Shown here: positions 34,438 to 53,323 of the stretch, piece by piece
How positions within the stretch are numbered: the stretch's first letter is position 1
Layout of the letters: each line of letters opens with the position of its first letter
DNA from: the human T2T-CHM13v2.0 reference genome, Homo sapiens
Assembly (NCBI RefSeq): GCF_009914755.1
Contig: NC_060936.1
Reading direction: 5' to 3' (one strand)
DNA length: 64,000 nt
Translations under genes and position numbers: made by a program
Notes under the pieces: generated by a model
What the model was told of the DNA's origin: nothing
Database searches by the model: none
What the model saw: the letters and a program-made list of their open reading frames with translations, nothing else

Positions 34438-34970
34438 TCAAGGAAGTCCCAGCCCACCATCACCCCACCCCTTCTCAACAATGACACATAAAACACTGCC
34501 AATAGCAATTCGTAATCGCCTGTTATTTATTAAGTCACAAGTGACAGTGCATGGAAAGTTTTTGCTGGGCTTGGCTCACAGCTAGTTGTGAAACTGACAG
34601 TGAAACATAGTTTCATTTACCAACAGCCAATACTCAACTGATTTACCAAACCGACAATGACCTGAGCAGGCCGATTTGAAATGTGAACCACACACAGAAC
34701 TCGGGGCTTGGCTAACTCCTCCTGGCTGGATATCAGCCCATGGTACAGGACAGTTCTATGGCCTGGAAGACCCAACTGCCATTTCTGGGGTGATGATGAT
34801 GATGAAGACGATTTCAGTGAAAGCAGCAGCAGAGCACCAAGTGAGGGGCCCGGCCCTGCGTTGTGTTTCACATTCACATTTTACATTTAATTAAACCTCA
34901 CAACCATCCTATGTGACAGGCAGGGATAAGAGATAACGTGGTGGCCGGGCACGGTGGCTCACGCCTGTCA

Positions 34971-35234
<264 letters not shown>

Positions 35235-35594
35235 CTAAGATGTTTAACAAGCAGAAGCAGAAAGGACACCTGCCAATCAAACCACTGATGTGTACTGGCT
35301 GATCTCAGCTCTGGTGAGAGATATGTTATCCCCATTTTACAGATGAGGAAGCTAAGGTTCCAGGAGGTGAACAGGACCCTGATCCCAGGGTCACTGGGAG
35401 GAATAAGAGACAAAAAAAATAGAGCCCCAAACAGTGCCTGGTGCACATAGAAAGTGCTAAATAGTCACTATTGCTACTGCTCTTCATTTTGCCAAGTGGC
35501 AGGAAGAAGGGTTTTGGCTCGCCTGGACCATGGCCATAGGGTGGCTCTCTGCAGCTGGCCCTGATTCTGCATTTCACACAATTCTGTTTCCCAC

Positions 35595-36830
35595 TATGAT
35601 GGTTGATACTGAGTGTCAACTTGATTGGACTGAAGGATACAAAGTATTAATCCTGGATGTGTCTGTGTGGGTGTTGCCAAAGGAGATTAACATTTGAGTC
35701 AGTGGGCTGGGGAAGGCAGACCCACAATCTAATCAGCTGCCAGCGAATATAAAGCAGGCAGAAAAACGTGAAAGGTGAGACTGGCCTAGCCTCCCAGCCT
35801 ATGTTTTTTTCCTATCTGGATGCTTCCTGCCCTCAAACGTCAGACTCCACGTTCTTTAGTTTTGAGAGTTAGATGGGCTCTCCTTGCTCCTCAAGCTTGC
35901 AGACAGACTATATTGTGGGACCTTGTGATCGTGTAAGTTAATACTTAATAAACTCCCCTTTATATATATAATTATATATATAATTTTATATATATATAAT
36001 TATATATATATAATTATATATATAATTTTATATATATATAATTATATATATAATTTTATATATATATAATTATATATATTTATATATATATAATTATATA
36101 TATATATAAAATTATATATATAATTATATATATTATATATAATTATATATATAATTTTATATATATAATTATATATATTTATATATATATATATAATTAT
36201 ATATATATATAAAATTATATATATAATTATATATATATTATATATAATTATATATATATATTATATATAATTTTATATATATAATTATATATATAATTTT
36301 ATATATATAATTTTATATATATAATTTTATATATATAATTTTATATATATAATTATATATATAATTTTATATATATATAATTATATATATAATTTTATAT
36401 ATATATAATTATATATATAATTTTATATATATATAATTATATATATAATTTTATATATATATAATTATATATATAATTTTATATATATATAATTATATAT
36501 ATAATTATATATATAATTTTATATATATAATTATATATATAATTTTATATATATATAATTATATATATAATTTTATATATATAATTATATATATAATTTT
36601 ATATATATATAATTATATATATAATTTTATATATATATAATTATATATATAATTTTATATATATATAATTATATATATAATTATATATATAATTTTATAT
36701 ATAATTTTATATATATATAATTATATATAATTTTATATATATAATTATATATATAATTTTATATATATAATTTTATATATATATATATATGTATCTCCTA
36801 TTAGTTCTGTCCCTCTAGAGGACCCCAATC
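35595..36830 (+). mobile_element. MLT2A-type (HERV-L) solo LTR containing an expanded A/T array
   Basis: atggttgatactgagtgtcaacttgattgga start, aataaactcccctt and tctcctattagttctgtccctctagag end. Confidence 0.85.
35959..36790. repeat. 832-bp A/T-only (TA)n-derived minisatellite
   Basis: no G or C seen between 35958 and 36791; units of (TA)3-6 separated by ATTA or ATTTTA. Confidence 0.95.
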
Positions 36831-36903
36831 CACCCGCCCACCTCCCTGTGCTCCAGGAAGAAAATAAGACACTTTCCACTTTGCACCCACGCTCAGAATG
36901 CTA

Positions 36904-37122
<219 letters not shown>

Positions 37123-37177
37123 CTATGCAGCTACAGAAGCTTCTTGCATCACCCCTGCTGGGAGCTGGGACACTCAC

Positions 37178-37199
37178 CCTTGGTTGACCAGTTCGAACA
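37178..37199 (-). CDS. CAMKK2: CAMKK2 exon 8 (22-nt microexon, FELVNQ; gatekeeper and hinge)
   Basis: ttcttccctacag|TGT and AGG|gtgagt; needed to keep the frame between exons 7 and 9. Confidence 0.95.
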
Positions 37200-37508
37200 C
37201 TGTAGGGAAGAAAAGGGTGAAACTGTTACATGGGAAACTGAACATCCATCTCTCTCTGTCCTCCCCACCTCCCAACCACCTCCAGAAACACCAAGAAAGA
37301 CAGAAACTAGTATTAGAGCTGGGGAGAGGAACAGTCCACTGAACCAAGCTGGCCAAGGTCCTGCTTTGCTAAATTTCCATCAGAAGGCAAAGAACCAGGG
37401 ATTTCTGACGTCCCCAGGCCCACAGTCTGGCTTGACTTCTAGTGCTCAAATTGGCCCAGGATCCACTGGTCAAAGAAAACACGGCAGGGGGCTGGGCACG
37501 GTGGCTCA

Positions 37509-37871
<363 letters not shown>

Positions 37872-38527
37872 TCATCACAACTATCTAGTTCCAGAACATT
37901 CTCATCACCTCAAAAGAAAACCTCATACCCATTAGCAGTCACTCCCTATTCTTCCCTCCCTCAATCCCCTGGCCACCACCAATCTGTTTCCTGTCTCTAT
38001 AGATTTGCCTGTTCTGGACATTTCATATAAATGGAATTGTACACTATGTGGCCTTTTGTGTCTGGCTTCTTTCACTTAGCATCATTAGCACGTTTTTAAG
38101 GTTCATCCACACTGGTGCATGGATCAGTGCTTCATTCCCTTTAATGGCTGAATAATATTCCATTGTATGGATAGACCACATTTTCTTTGTCCATTCATCT
38201 GTTGAGGGGCATATGGACTGTTTCTACTCTTTGGCTGTTGGGAAGTGCTGCAATGAACGTTCGTGTACATGGATATGTTCATGTGTGGATATCTGTTTTT
38301 GGTTCTTTTGGGTATATACCTAGGAGTGGAATTTCTGGGTCACGTGGTATAGTTATTTAATTTGATTCTGCTATGACAAGCATAAATTGGAATACAAGGC
38401 TGTACTTTAGGAAGTTAAAAAAAAAAAGAGCACAGTCGATTTCAAAATCCAGTGGAGGATGACTCTGGGGTTGCTTGTTGTTCTGGAATCATACACCCAC
38501 AATGAGATGAGCATGTAATAGAAACCA

Positions 38528-38879
<352 letters not shown>

Positions 38880-39688
38880 TGATCCACCCACCTCGGCCTC
38901 CCAAAGTGCTGGGGTTACAGGCAAAAAAATTTTTTAAAAATGAAACCAAAGGGTTGTTTCAAAGCTCTCCAAGGGCTGAGGTGGCCAAGGGGAACAGGGA
39001 AGCTACTCAGACAAAAAGAAGGCTTAAAGGTTCTGATCAGGAAAAGAACTGAACTCTCCCAGGCCTTCCCCATCTTCAGTTTCATCAACCAGTGTGAGTT
39101 AGGGCAGATTTGCTATTGCTTCAGGCTGTAGTTAAAAACAAAGGCAATGCTGCTAAGGTACAGCTTCTACAGACAACCCAGCGCTGGCCCCCTCAGCTCT
39201 GGCCTTTCCTGCCTTGGTTATTTAAGTCTTCACTTGCAAGCTTCATGAATTTCTGCACCATCCTCCCACCCACCCAAGCACCATAAATCAGGTGGCATGA
39301 GGGAGGGTGGCCTGTTGAAACAGGTCTATTTTCAGTCGCTAACAGTTCAACCACTTTTGGGGCTGAGCAGTGGGTGGGAATTTTTTAACCTCTAGAAATA
39401 GAGATCGAGTTTTCTACTTTTTTTTTTTTTTTTTTTTGAGACAAAGTCTAGCTCTGTCACCCAGACTGGAGTGCAATGGCACGATCTCGGTTCACTGCAA
39501 CCTCCGCTTCCCAGGTTGAAGTGATTCTCCTGCTTCACCCTCCCAAGTAGCTGAGATTACAGGCATGTGCCACCACATCTGGCTAATTTTGTATTTTTAG
39601 CAGAAACATGGTTTCACCATGTTGGTTAGGTTGGTCTCGAACTCCTGACCTCAGGGGATCCACCTGCCTTGGCCTCCCAAAGTGCTGA

Positions 39689-39922
<234 letters not shown>

Positions 39923-40259
39923 TAGCTGCAGACCCTTTCTGATACCTACTACCCGGCCTCATGCACTGCCCTGTCTGTCTCAGTCTCACACGGCTGTGGC
40001 TGGAAAGTAAAATATAACCGTGTCAGGATTTTCAAAACCACTGGAATCACATACCCCAAATTAGCATGGCTTTCTGCAACTGCCACCTCGAGTTGTGAAA
40101 AACTATCCCTGCAGCTGCCCAGCTCAAGCAGATCACGAAACTCTTCTTTGAGGCTTGGACCATGTTCTCTTTATTCTCATTCCACCCGTCAGCTCAAACC
40201 CCCCAATGGCTTCCATCACTCTCAGAGTCAAAGCCAATTTTTTTTTTTTTTTTTTTTGA

Positions 40260-40517
<258 letters not shown>

Positions 40518-41713
40518 TGAGCCACTGTGCCCGATCCAAGTTCTTTACAATGTTGTAAAATACCTTCTGCCACCTGGTCCCTGCTGTTCTGCCCAAATGT
40601 CACCTTGGTGAGACATTCCCTGGGGAGCCACTGTATTTCTCCATCCCCCAACCCAAAACTAGCAGCCCCTCGTGTCCTGCTCGGGGTTTTTGTTTTGTTA
40701 CGGTGTTGTCGCTTTCAAAACCCACGCATCACACTCAGGTGCGCTCCCCAAGGACAGGGGTTTTTGAATGTTGTCCCTGATGAACCTACAGCAGGGTCTG
40801 ACAAATTGTAACATTTGTTGAATGAACAAAGGCACGCCTCAGAAAGAGCTCAAAGCCATTCTGACCTGGATCTGGGGTCCCAAGTGAGAGAATTACGCTA
40901 AGAATGCCATTCTGGGCTAAAATGACTTTTGGCATATTGTGATTTCTGCTGTATCTCCCCAAACTTCATTTATTTGCCTACTATGTTTATAATCTGGCCA
41001 TACCTATATGCCACATCAATTATTTATTGAATGTTTTTCTTTAAATTGACTCAGTTTTTAATTTTTTAGCCTTGTCCTAGATGATAATATCCATGAAACT
41101 ATGAGTTTGGGGTGCTGGTTATAGTTTTTCCTATACAATGTTAAATTAAATATAAAATTGTTTTTCTACCTTTTTTCTGTGTACCACCTAGAACAGTGCC
41201 CACCATATAGGAGGTTGTCAATATATACATGCTTTGGGAGGCCAATGCAGGAGGATCTCTTGGGCCCAGGCATTTGAGGCCAGGCTGGACAACATAGTGA
41301 CACTTTGTCTCTAGAAAAATTTTAAAAATTAGCTGGGTATGGTGGCCCATGCCTATAATCCAGCTACTCAGGAGGCTGAGGTGGGAGGATCACTTGAGCC
41401 TGGGAGATCAAGGCTGCAGTGAGCTGTGGTCACACCACTGAACTGTAAGCCTGGGCAACGGAGCAAGACCCTGACTCAAAAAAAATAAATACATGCAAAT
41501 GAATGAATAGGATCAGATAAAGTTCCAGCAAGAACTCCCTTCCACCTGCTGATCCCAACCAGGGGTGTGGCCTCCGGTGGGGCCAGCTGGACCAGGAAAG
41601 GGAAAGCTGTCTTTGGTGGAAGGTGCCAGGGCACAGGCTGCCTCGAGAGGACCCCTGGGCATTGGCAGGTGTGGTGCCTGGGTGAGGGTGGCAGAAGAAA
41701 AGGGCTTCCTTAC

Positions 41714-41750
41714 CCATGTACAGATGGTCCTCATTGGGGTCATCCAGGAC
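41714..41750 (-). CDS. CAMKK2: CAMKK2 exon 7 (37 nt, VLDDPNEDHLYM)
   Basis: ctgtgccaag|GTC and TGG|gtaagg. Confidence 0.95.
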
Positions 41751-42241
41751 CTTGGCACAGCCACATGGAATAGGCAGGAGACGGATGGCGGGGGAGAAAA
41801 AGAGAGAATAGATATGAGCAGGGAGGAGGCAGCATCCACGTGGCTGCGTTTGCCAACAGGAGGGCTGCATTTGGCAGCGTGTTTCCCAGTTAAGATGGAA
41901 GATAGGGAAAACCCCCAGAGTGTGAGATCCTAATGGCTATTCGGAAAATAAATGCCTCTCTGTCTGATCCTCGAGGATCTGAACACTCAGGAGGTCGCAA
42001 AAGGGAGGGGCCAAAATACTCCCCTGGAAATATCTCATGCTTGAATAAGAATCCAGCCTATCTCCGGCTGGGCGCAGTGGCTCATGCCTGAAATCCCAGC
42101 ACTTTGGGAGGCCGAGGCGGGCGGATCACCTGAGGTCGGGAGTTCAATACCAGCCTGACCAACATGGAGAAACCCCATCTCTACTAAAAATACAAAATTA
42201 GTCCGGTGTGGTGGTGCATGCCTGAGTAATCCACCTACTCA

Positions 42242-42379
<138 letters not shown>

Positions 42380-44120
42380 CTAGGAGACAACGGTGTTCAG
42401 GGTGAAAATTCAAATCCTATCTGGGCTCAAGTGACTCCACGAAGCCTCCCCATTGCCCCTAACCCCACAGGAAATGATGTCTCCCTGCCCAGAACAGCCA
42501 CAGCACTTTCTCTCTCTCCAAAGGGCAGGCATCAGGCTACATCCACCTTGATTTCCTCGGTGGCGTCCTGTACAGGGCACGGCATACAGAAGGTGCCCAG
42601 GGAATATCTGATGAATGAACAAACAGATGGGCTGGCAAAGAGTCTTGTTGGGTGAAAAGGCCAAATGCCATAGGGCAGCGGAGAGAAAAGACACCCTGCC
42701 AGGACCCAGGGCCCCTCGCTAACCAAATGCCCTTGGGCTTCCTGGAAAATGGCCAACTCTAGCACCAGTGAGTCGAGATTGTGTCACTTAGTGTGACCGG
42801 TGGTGATGGCCTGCAACTGCTATCTCTCTTCTTTGGGAAGAAACAAATGCAGCCTCCCTGGCTAGACTAGTCCCCCTGATTCTTCCCTCATCACGTCCGC
42901 TTTCTCCAGTCACCCAAGATCAATAAGACAACAGGCCCCAAGAAAGGGAGGCACCCTAGGCAGAGCCTGGGCTAGCAGCCTGAAGCCCTGAGCCATGCCC
43001 TGTGGGGAAGGCACACCCAGGGCCTTGTCCGCCTAGAGTTCTGCACCAGATGAGTCCCAGGCAAAGTGGTAGCTAGCCCTCACATCTCCCGAAGGCACCA
43101 TGTACTCCCCCAAACAGAGGCTTCCAGCCCTTTCCACATGCAGCTCCCTGCCCTGCAATGCCTTTCCGTGACTTCTCATCCAGGAACCACCACGGCCATC
43201 TCAAACATCACTTCCTCTAAGAGGCCTCTCCCAGCTTCTCCCAGTGAGCTGGCTGCCCCCGCTTTGTACTCCCATGGCACTCTGAACATCCAGCACGGTG
43301 ACAAGTCCTTGTCGTCTAGACCAGAGGTGCTCCAAACACAATCTGGAGATGTCTGCAGATCCCCAAGATGCTTCATGGAGTTTACAAGGTTCACTATTTT
43401 CACTTTAAAACGAAGACAGTATTTGCCTTTTTGACTATCATTCTCCACTAGTCTACAGGGTTTTCCAGAAACCTGATGATATGTGATGTCACAAAACATT
43501 GAATGCAAAAGCAGAGATGAGAATCCAAATGTCTCCTATCAAACCAAACAGTAACCCAAAAAAAGGCAAAAATGAAAAATGAAGCCACTCTTCTACTTTT
43601 TATTTTTCATAAAAATGTATTACTCGGCCGGGTGCAGTGGCTCACTCCTGTAATCCCAGCACTTTGGGAGGCCAAGGCGGCTGGATCACGAGTTCAGGAG
43701 ATCAAGACCATCCTGACTAACACGGTGAAACCCCATCTCCATTAAAAATACAAAAAATTAGCCAGGCGTGGTAGCGGGCACCTGGAGTCCCAGCTACTTG
43801 GGAGGCTGACGCAGGAGAATCACTTCAACCCAACAGGCAGAGGTTGCAGTGAGCTGAGATTGTGCCACTGCACTCCAGCCTGGGCAACAGAGTGAGACTC
43901 CGTCTCAAAAAAAAAAAAATGTATTACTCATGTTAATACGCAATAAGCTTATTGTTTTCTTTTCTTTTTTAGAAACAGGGTCTCACTCTGTCTCCCAGGC
44001 TCGAGTGCAGTGGCACAATCATGGCTCACTGTAGCCTCGAACTCCTGGGCTGAAGTGATTCTCCCACCTCGGCCTTCGGAATAGCTGGGACCAAAGGCGT
44101 GCACCACCATACCGGGCTAA

Positions 44121-44267
<147 letters not shown>

Positions 44268-44313
44268 TAATTAATAGTTTAAATTTTCTCAGTTTTAAAT
44301 TATAATGTGGTAG

Positions 44314-44487
<174 letters not shown>

Positions 44488-44600
44488 TGAAGTGGCTGGG
44501 ATTACAGGCACCCGCCACCACGCCCAGCTAATTTTTTTGTATTTTTAATCGAGTACAAAGGCATCCTGAGACCAAAAAGTATGAGAACGGCTGATCTAGA

Positions 44601-44885
44601 GCAGGGGCTGGCAAACTACAGCATGTGGGCCAAATTCAGCCCTCTGTCTGGTTTGTTTGTTTGTTTGTTTGTTTTGTATTTTTAGTAAAGACAGGGTTTC
44701 ACCATGTTGGCCAGGCTGGTCTCAAACTCCTGATCTCAAGTGATCTGTCCACCTTGGCCTCCCAGAGTGCTGTCATTATAAGCGCGAGCCAGTGCACCCG
44801 GACTTGTTTTTGTAAATAAAGTTTTACTAGAACACAGCCATGCCATTTGTTTACATCATGTGTGTGGCTGCTTTTGCGCTATGAC
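44601..44885 (+). mobile_element. MER58A-like DNA transposon interrupted by an Alu monomer
   Basis: caggggctggcaaactacagc...gggccaaat and gtaaataaagttttactagaacacagccatgcc. Confidence 0.7.
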
Positions 44886-44960
44886 TACCCATATGTGTAA
44901 GTAGAAAGAGAACCAGCTTCAAAGAGACAGAAATGGGTGAAGGGATCCCTCTGAGCCTCA

Positions 44961-45476
<516 letters not shown>

Positions 45477-45730
45477 CTAACCCTCTACTCCTCTGTCTCC
45501 TCTGCTGCTGGAAGTGAGTGAGGGCGGAGCCCTCGGCCGTCCTGTGAATTCCCTCCTTCCCGTCACATCCCCAGTCCATGCCCTGGTCCACAGTGAAAGG
45601 CAGGAGTGCTGAGGCAACTGCAGTCTAGCTCAGCAATCTCAACACCCAGGGTGAGTCAATCACTTCCCCTCTCTGGGCTCAGTTTTTGCAGTCCATAAAA
45701 TGGACATAAACATTAACTCTTATCTCCTTA

Positions 45731-45883
<153 letters not shown>

Positions 45884-45887
45884 TTAG

Positions 45888-46207
<320 letters not shown>

Positions 46208-46825
46208 CACAAAAAATTAGTCAGGTATGGTGGCACGTGCCTGTGGTCCCAGTTACTCAAGAGGCTGGGGTGGGAGGATCACCTGCGCCCAGGAAGATCA
46301 AGCCTGCAGTGAGAAGTGATCATGCCACTGCACTCAGCCTGGGTGACAGAGCGAGACCCTATCAAAACAAAAAACAAAAAAAACAAAAACTAAATAGCAC
46401 TGATGTAAAATGAAGCCAGGGAGAAGAAAAGAAGCAAGCATCGGGAGAGAAAAACAAAAGGCTATCTAGAAAGGAGAGGCACTCAGGCCACCGCTTGATC
46501 CTGCAGTAAACAATAGGCAGTCACAAGGATGTACAGACCCACAGTGAAAACCCTCACGATGGCACACATCCCATGTAAGTAAGGCTCTGAGTGTGACTAA
46601 CAGAATAGAACAGGGATGTGATCGGCCTTGGAAAAGCAAAGGCAGAAGTACAGGTGTCAGAGGGAGGATGTGAAAGGAGGAAAGCTGAGTCCAAAGGAAA
46701 AGGGAGGGTGTGGGGAGGTGGGAGACACGCGTCATATAGCTGGAGAGAGGGGAAAGTGGTAGTGTGTGTCCACAGAGGAGCTGACCATCAGGAGAGCGTT
46801 CCACTGCCTGCTGGGGAAAGGGAGG

Positions 46826-47712
<887 letters not shown>

Positions 47713-48414
47713 CACCATTTGTTATTTTGTTAAGACAAGAGGTAAGAAGGAGTGTTTAAGCAAGCGAAATCCTCTATTGTCACTGGAAGAAGCCAGAAGC
47801 AGATGTCAAAAATTGATAATAGTGACGTGAGGATTATGACCTGGTGCAGCGTTTGGATAAGCAGGATAAACCAGGGTCCTACTGTTAGGATGGGTTTTTT
47901 TTTTTTTTTGAGATGGAGTCTCGCTCTGTCGCCTAGGCTGGAGTGCAGTGGCGCGATCTCGGCTCAGTGTAACCTCTGCTTCCCAGGTTCAAGCAATTCT
48001 CTGCCTCAGCCTCCCGAGTAGCTGGGATTACAGGCACCCACCATGCCTGGCTACTTTTTTGTATATTTAGTAGAGACAGGGTTTCACCATCTTGACCAGG
48101 CTGATCTTGAACTCCTGACCTCGTGATCCACCCGCCTCGGCCTCCCAAAGTGCTGGGATTACAGGCATGAGCCACCATGCCTGGCTGTTTGTTCTTATCT
48201 AATTTCTCTTTTTGGCCCAAGCTGACATTTTGCCCAGCAATGCTGGCAGGGAGCTTATGTTGAAGCAGCCTCTGATACTCTCACCTGCAGCCTATCATCT
48301 GACCACACACAGGAGCTACCAGCAACTAAAAGTGCTAAAAGCCAAGGCTGCCTATAGGAGAAGGAAAGAGGTCAGCAAGAAACTGGTCTCCATGATGAGC
48401 CCTCCTGTGCTCTG

Positions 48415-48448
<34 letters not shown>

Positions 48449-48835
48449 GTAGATATAATTCAAATACCTCGTGGTATTTAAATTTTTTTAATTTATCTTT
48501 TTTTTTTTTTTTTTTTTTTGAGAGATGGAGTCTCAGTCTGTCGTCCAGGCTGGAGTGCAGTGGCGCAATCTCAGCTCACTCCAACCTCCGCCTCCTGGGT
48601 TCCAGCGATTCTCCTGCCTCAGCCTCTCGAGTAGCCAGGGATTTACAGATGCATGCCACCATGCCTGGCTAATTTTTGTATTTTTTTAGTAGATGCAGGG
48701 TTTCACCATATTGGCCAGAATGATCTCAAACTCCTGACCTCGTGATCCACCCACCTTGGCCTCCCAAAGTGCTAGGATTATAGGCATGAGCCACCGTGCC
48801 CTGCTAAATTTACCATTTTAAAATGTGTATTTTAA

Positions 48836-49114
<279 letters not shown>

Positions 49115-49758
49115 TGACCTCAAGTGATCCACTCGCCTCGGCCTCCCAGAGTGCTGGGATTACAGGTGTGAGCCACCGTGCCCGGCCAACTGCAGAATAT
49201 TTTCAATGCCTCCCTAAATATCTATATACATATCTGATATCTATCAGCATTCACCCCTCATTTCCCCTGTTCCCCAGAGCCCCCAGCAATCACAAATCTA
49301 CTTTTGTTCCTATGGATTGGCCTATTCTGGGTATTTCACATAAACAGAATCACATAATATGTGAGCTTTTGTGTTAGGCTTCTTTCACTTAGCATAATGT
49401 CTTCAAGACCCCTCTGTGTTGGGGCATGAATTGGTACTTCATTACTTTTCATGGCTGAATAATATTCCATTGGATGCATATATATATATATATACTCTAT
49501 TCATATTACTTTTAATGGATGAATATTCCACTGGATGCATATATACTCTATTCATTCTCTGAAGCCGTGTGTGCTGTTTCCACTTTTTAGTTATTGTGGC
49601 TAAACCTGCTATGAACATTCACATACAAGCTCCTAGGTGAACACGGATGTCCTGTTCTCTTGGGTATATAAGTAGGAGTGAAATTACTGAGTCATACGGT
49701 AACACCATGTTTAACTTTTTGAGGAATTGCCAGTGTTTTCCTCTATTGGATTTTTTGA

Positions 49759-50094
<336 letters not shown>

Positions 50095-50426
50095 TGAAGG
50101 ACAGCACCTTTAGCCAGGTCCTGTTTAAAGCAGGGAGGAAAAGGGGAAGGAGGGCGCAGTCGGGGTTCCTCTACTCCAAAGCCGGCCCAAGCTCCTGGCC
50201 CCCTGGCAGGCTCAGGTCAACAGAGTGAGCCCCTCATTACCAGAGAGGGTCAAGCAGCCATGGGGTTGTAGGGAGGCTGGACTCCTGGGGTGCCTCCAGC
50301 TCTGAGGTGTTCCTGAGGCTCACGGTCGCCTCTCTCAGCTGGGAAACCACGAGCCTCAGGACTTGCTGCCATCGAATCAAAACACAAGTGAGCTGGAGCA
50401 ATGGGCAAAGGAGGGGCAGGACTGGT

Positions 50427-50538
50427 TGTTTTACACACGGGGAAACTGAGGCTCAGCTGTTTTACACATGGGGAAACTGAGGCTCAGCTGTTTTACACAT
50501 GGGGAAACTGAGGCTCAGCTGTTTTACACATGGAGAAA
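50427..50538. repeat. 31-bp tandem repeat, about 3.6 copies, derived from the MIR core
   Basis: unit TGTTTTACACAYGGGGAAACTGAGGCTCAGC starts at 50427, 50458, 50489 and 50520 (partial). Confidence 0.9.
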
Positions 50539-50789
50539 TATCACTTGTCAAGGTCACATGGTTGGCACACGATAGATTCAGGTTCAAAACTACGCTGGAC
50601 TGACTCCAAAGCCACCCACACAGACATCTGTCTCACTGCTGCCTTGTTCTCAATACTATGGAGGATGCAGAGATGACAGCTCAGAGGAAGGGCATAAAAG
50701 CCTTTTGCTGAATGAGTAACTTTTTCTGGGCCAATCCCCTCACCTCCCCATTTTCCTATCTGTAAAATGGGCATACCACTTCCTTCCTA

Positions 50790-51014
<225 letters not shown>

Positions 51015-51144
51015 TTAAGATCTGCAAAATGAGAACCCTAATACAGACGTTGCAAACCGGCAGCCCATTGGTCAAATCTGTCCCGCAACTGTATTTTGTT
51101 GGAGCCCAGGTTTTTACAAAGTTTGGATTAGTTGCCAAGATTTA

Positions 51145-51330
<186 letters not shown>

Positions 51331-51546
51331 CTACTCAGGGGGCTGAGGCTTGAGAATCACTTAAACCCGAAAGCAGAGGCTGCAGTGAGCCAAGATTTCG
51401 GCACTGTACTCCAGCCTGGGCGACACAGTGAAATTCAGTCTCAAAAAAAAACAGAAAGGTCTGATATAGAAATCTATATTCCTTGCCAGGCAAGGTGGCT
51501 TACACCTGTAATCCCAGCACTTTGGGAGGCCGAGGCGGGCAGATCA

Positions 51547-51816
<270 letters not shown>

Positions 51817-52291
51817 CTAGCTATATGTAGCCCTCATTTCCATATGTTAATGGTTTGCCACTGTCCTTACCACTCCCTACTACCTTACAGCTGGCATGCC
51901 TCACTCCTTTATATTACTTACTTGTTTTCTACTGGCATTTGGAGTTTTGACCATGGTGATGATACCCCCCATTAGCTAAAACAAAAGCAAAACTAGATGT
52001 CAGAGTACCTCGGGGTGAAACAAAACCCCAAATGTATTGGGGATGTAACTATCACCAAGGCGATATGGAATTTCGTTGGAAGCTTTCTGAGCTTCTGCAG
52101 AAACATATTTAATTTTAAGATACAAGAAAACAAAACTAAACCAAAAACCTAGATCATTAATGACAAAACCCTCTCCACCAACCTCGCCTTCAAAGACTCC
52201 TCTCCTGCTCCCAGCTTTACCCCGTTCCCTCCACAGTATCTGAACGCCCCTGGTGAATGCAGAAAGCCAGCCTAGCCCCAGGGATATTTAC

Positions 52292-52339
52292 CTTTCCAAT
52301 TTCATCCTTCAGGGTATACTGATTCAGCTGCACACAGTC
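52292..52339 (-). CDS. CAMKK2: CAMKK2 exon 3 (48 nt, DCVQLNQYTLKDEIGK)
   Basis: ctctctag|GAC and AAG|gtaaat. Confidence 0.96.
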
Positions 52340-53034
52340 CTAGAGAGTAAGGAGAGACACGTGCAAAATGAATTTTAAGTTTGCAACTAGAGGCCAGGCA
52401 CGGTGGCTCACACCTACAAGCCCTTCAGGAGACCAAGGTGGGAGGATCACTTGAGTTCAGGAGTTCCAGACCAGCCTGGCCAACATGGTGAAATCCCATC
52501 TCTATTAATAATATAAAAATTAGCCAGGCGTGGTGGTGGGCACCTGTAATCCCAGCTACTCAGGAGGCTGAGGCACGAGAATCGCGTGAGCCCAGGAGGT
52601 GGAGGTTGCTTGAGCGGAGATTGCACCATTGCACTCCAGCCTGGGCAAAAGAGTAAAACTGTGTCTCAAAAAAAAAAAAAAAAAAGTTTGCAACTAGATA
52701 CATTTCTCCAAATTAAACACATACAGGTAACCAGAACCCAAATCAAGAAAGAGAACATCCCCAGCTCCCAGAAGCCACTCGCACCTCTGCCCTCCCCCAG
52801 GTGGCCACTCTCTTGACTTCTAACAACGCTGATTTTGCTTGTTGTACTTTGTCAAAATGTAACCACACACTGTGGACTCTTGTAAAACCCATTTTTTAAA
52901 GAAGGTTGTTCCTACTTTTAAAAAGTAAATTTTAAATCAAACAAGTAATCCTTGGCTACATTGTCCTGTAAAAACATAAAGTGATACAAGAAAAGCAAGT
53001 CTGTGCAACCTTGGGGTAGACAAGGGTTTCTTAG

Positions 53035-53323
<289 letters not shown>

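Noticed and set aside
50427-50538. Short direct repeats resembling a CRISPR array
   Set aside because: No spacers, MIR-derived, human intron, no cas genes.
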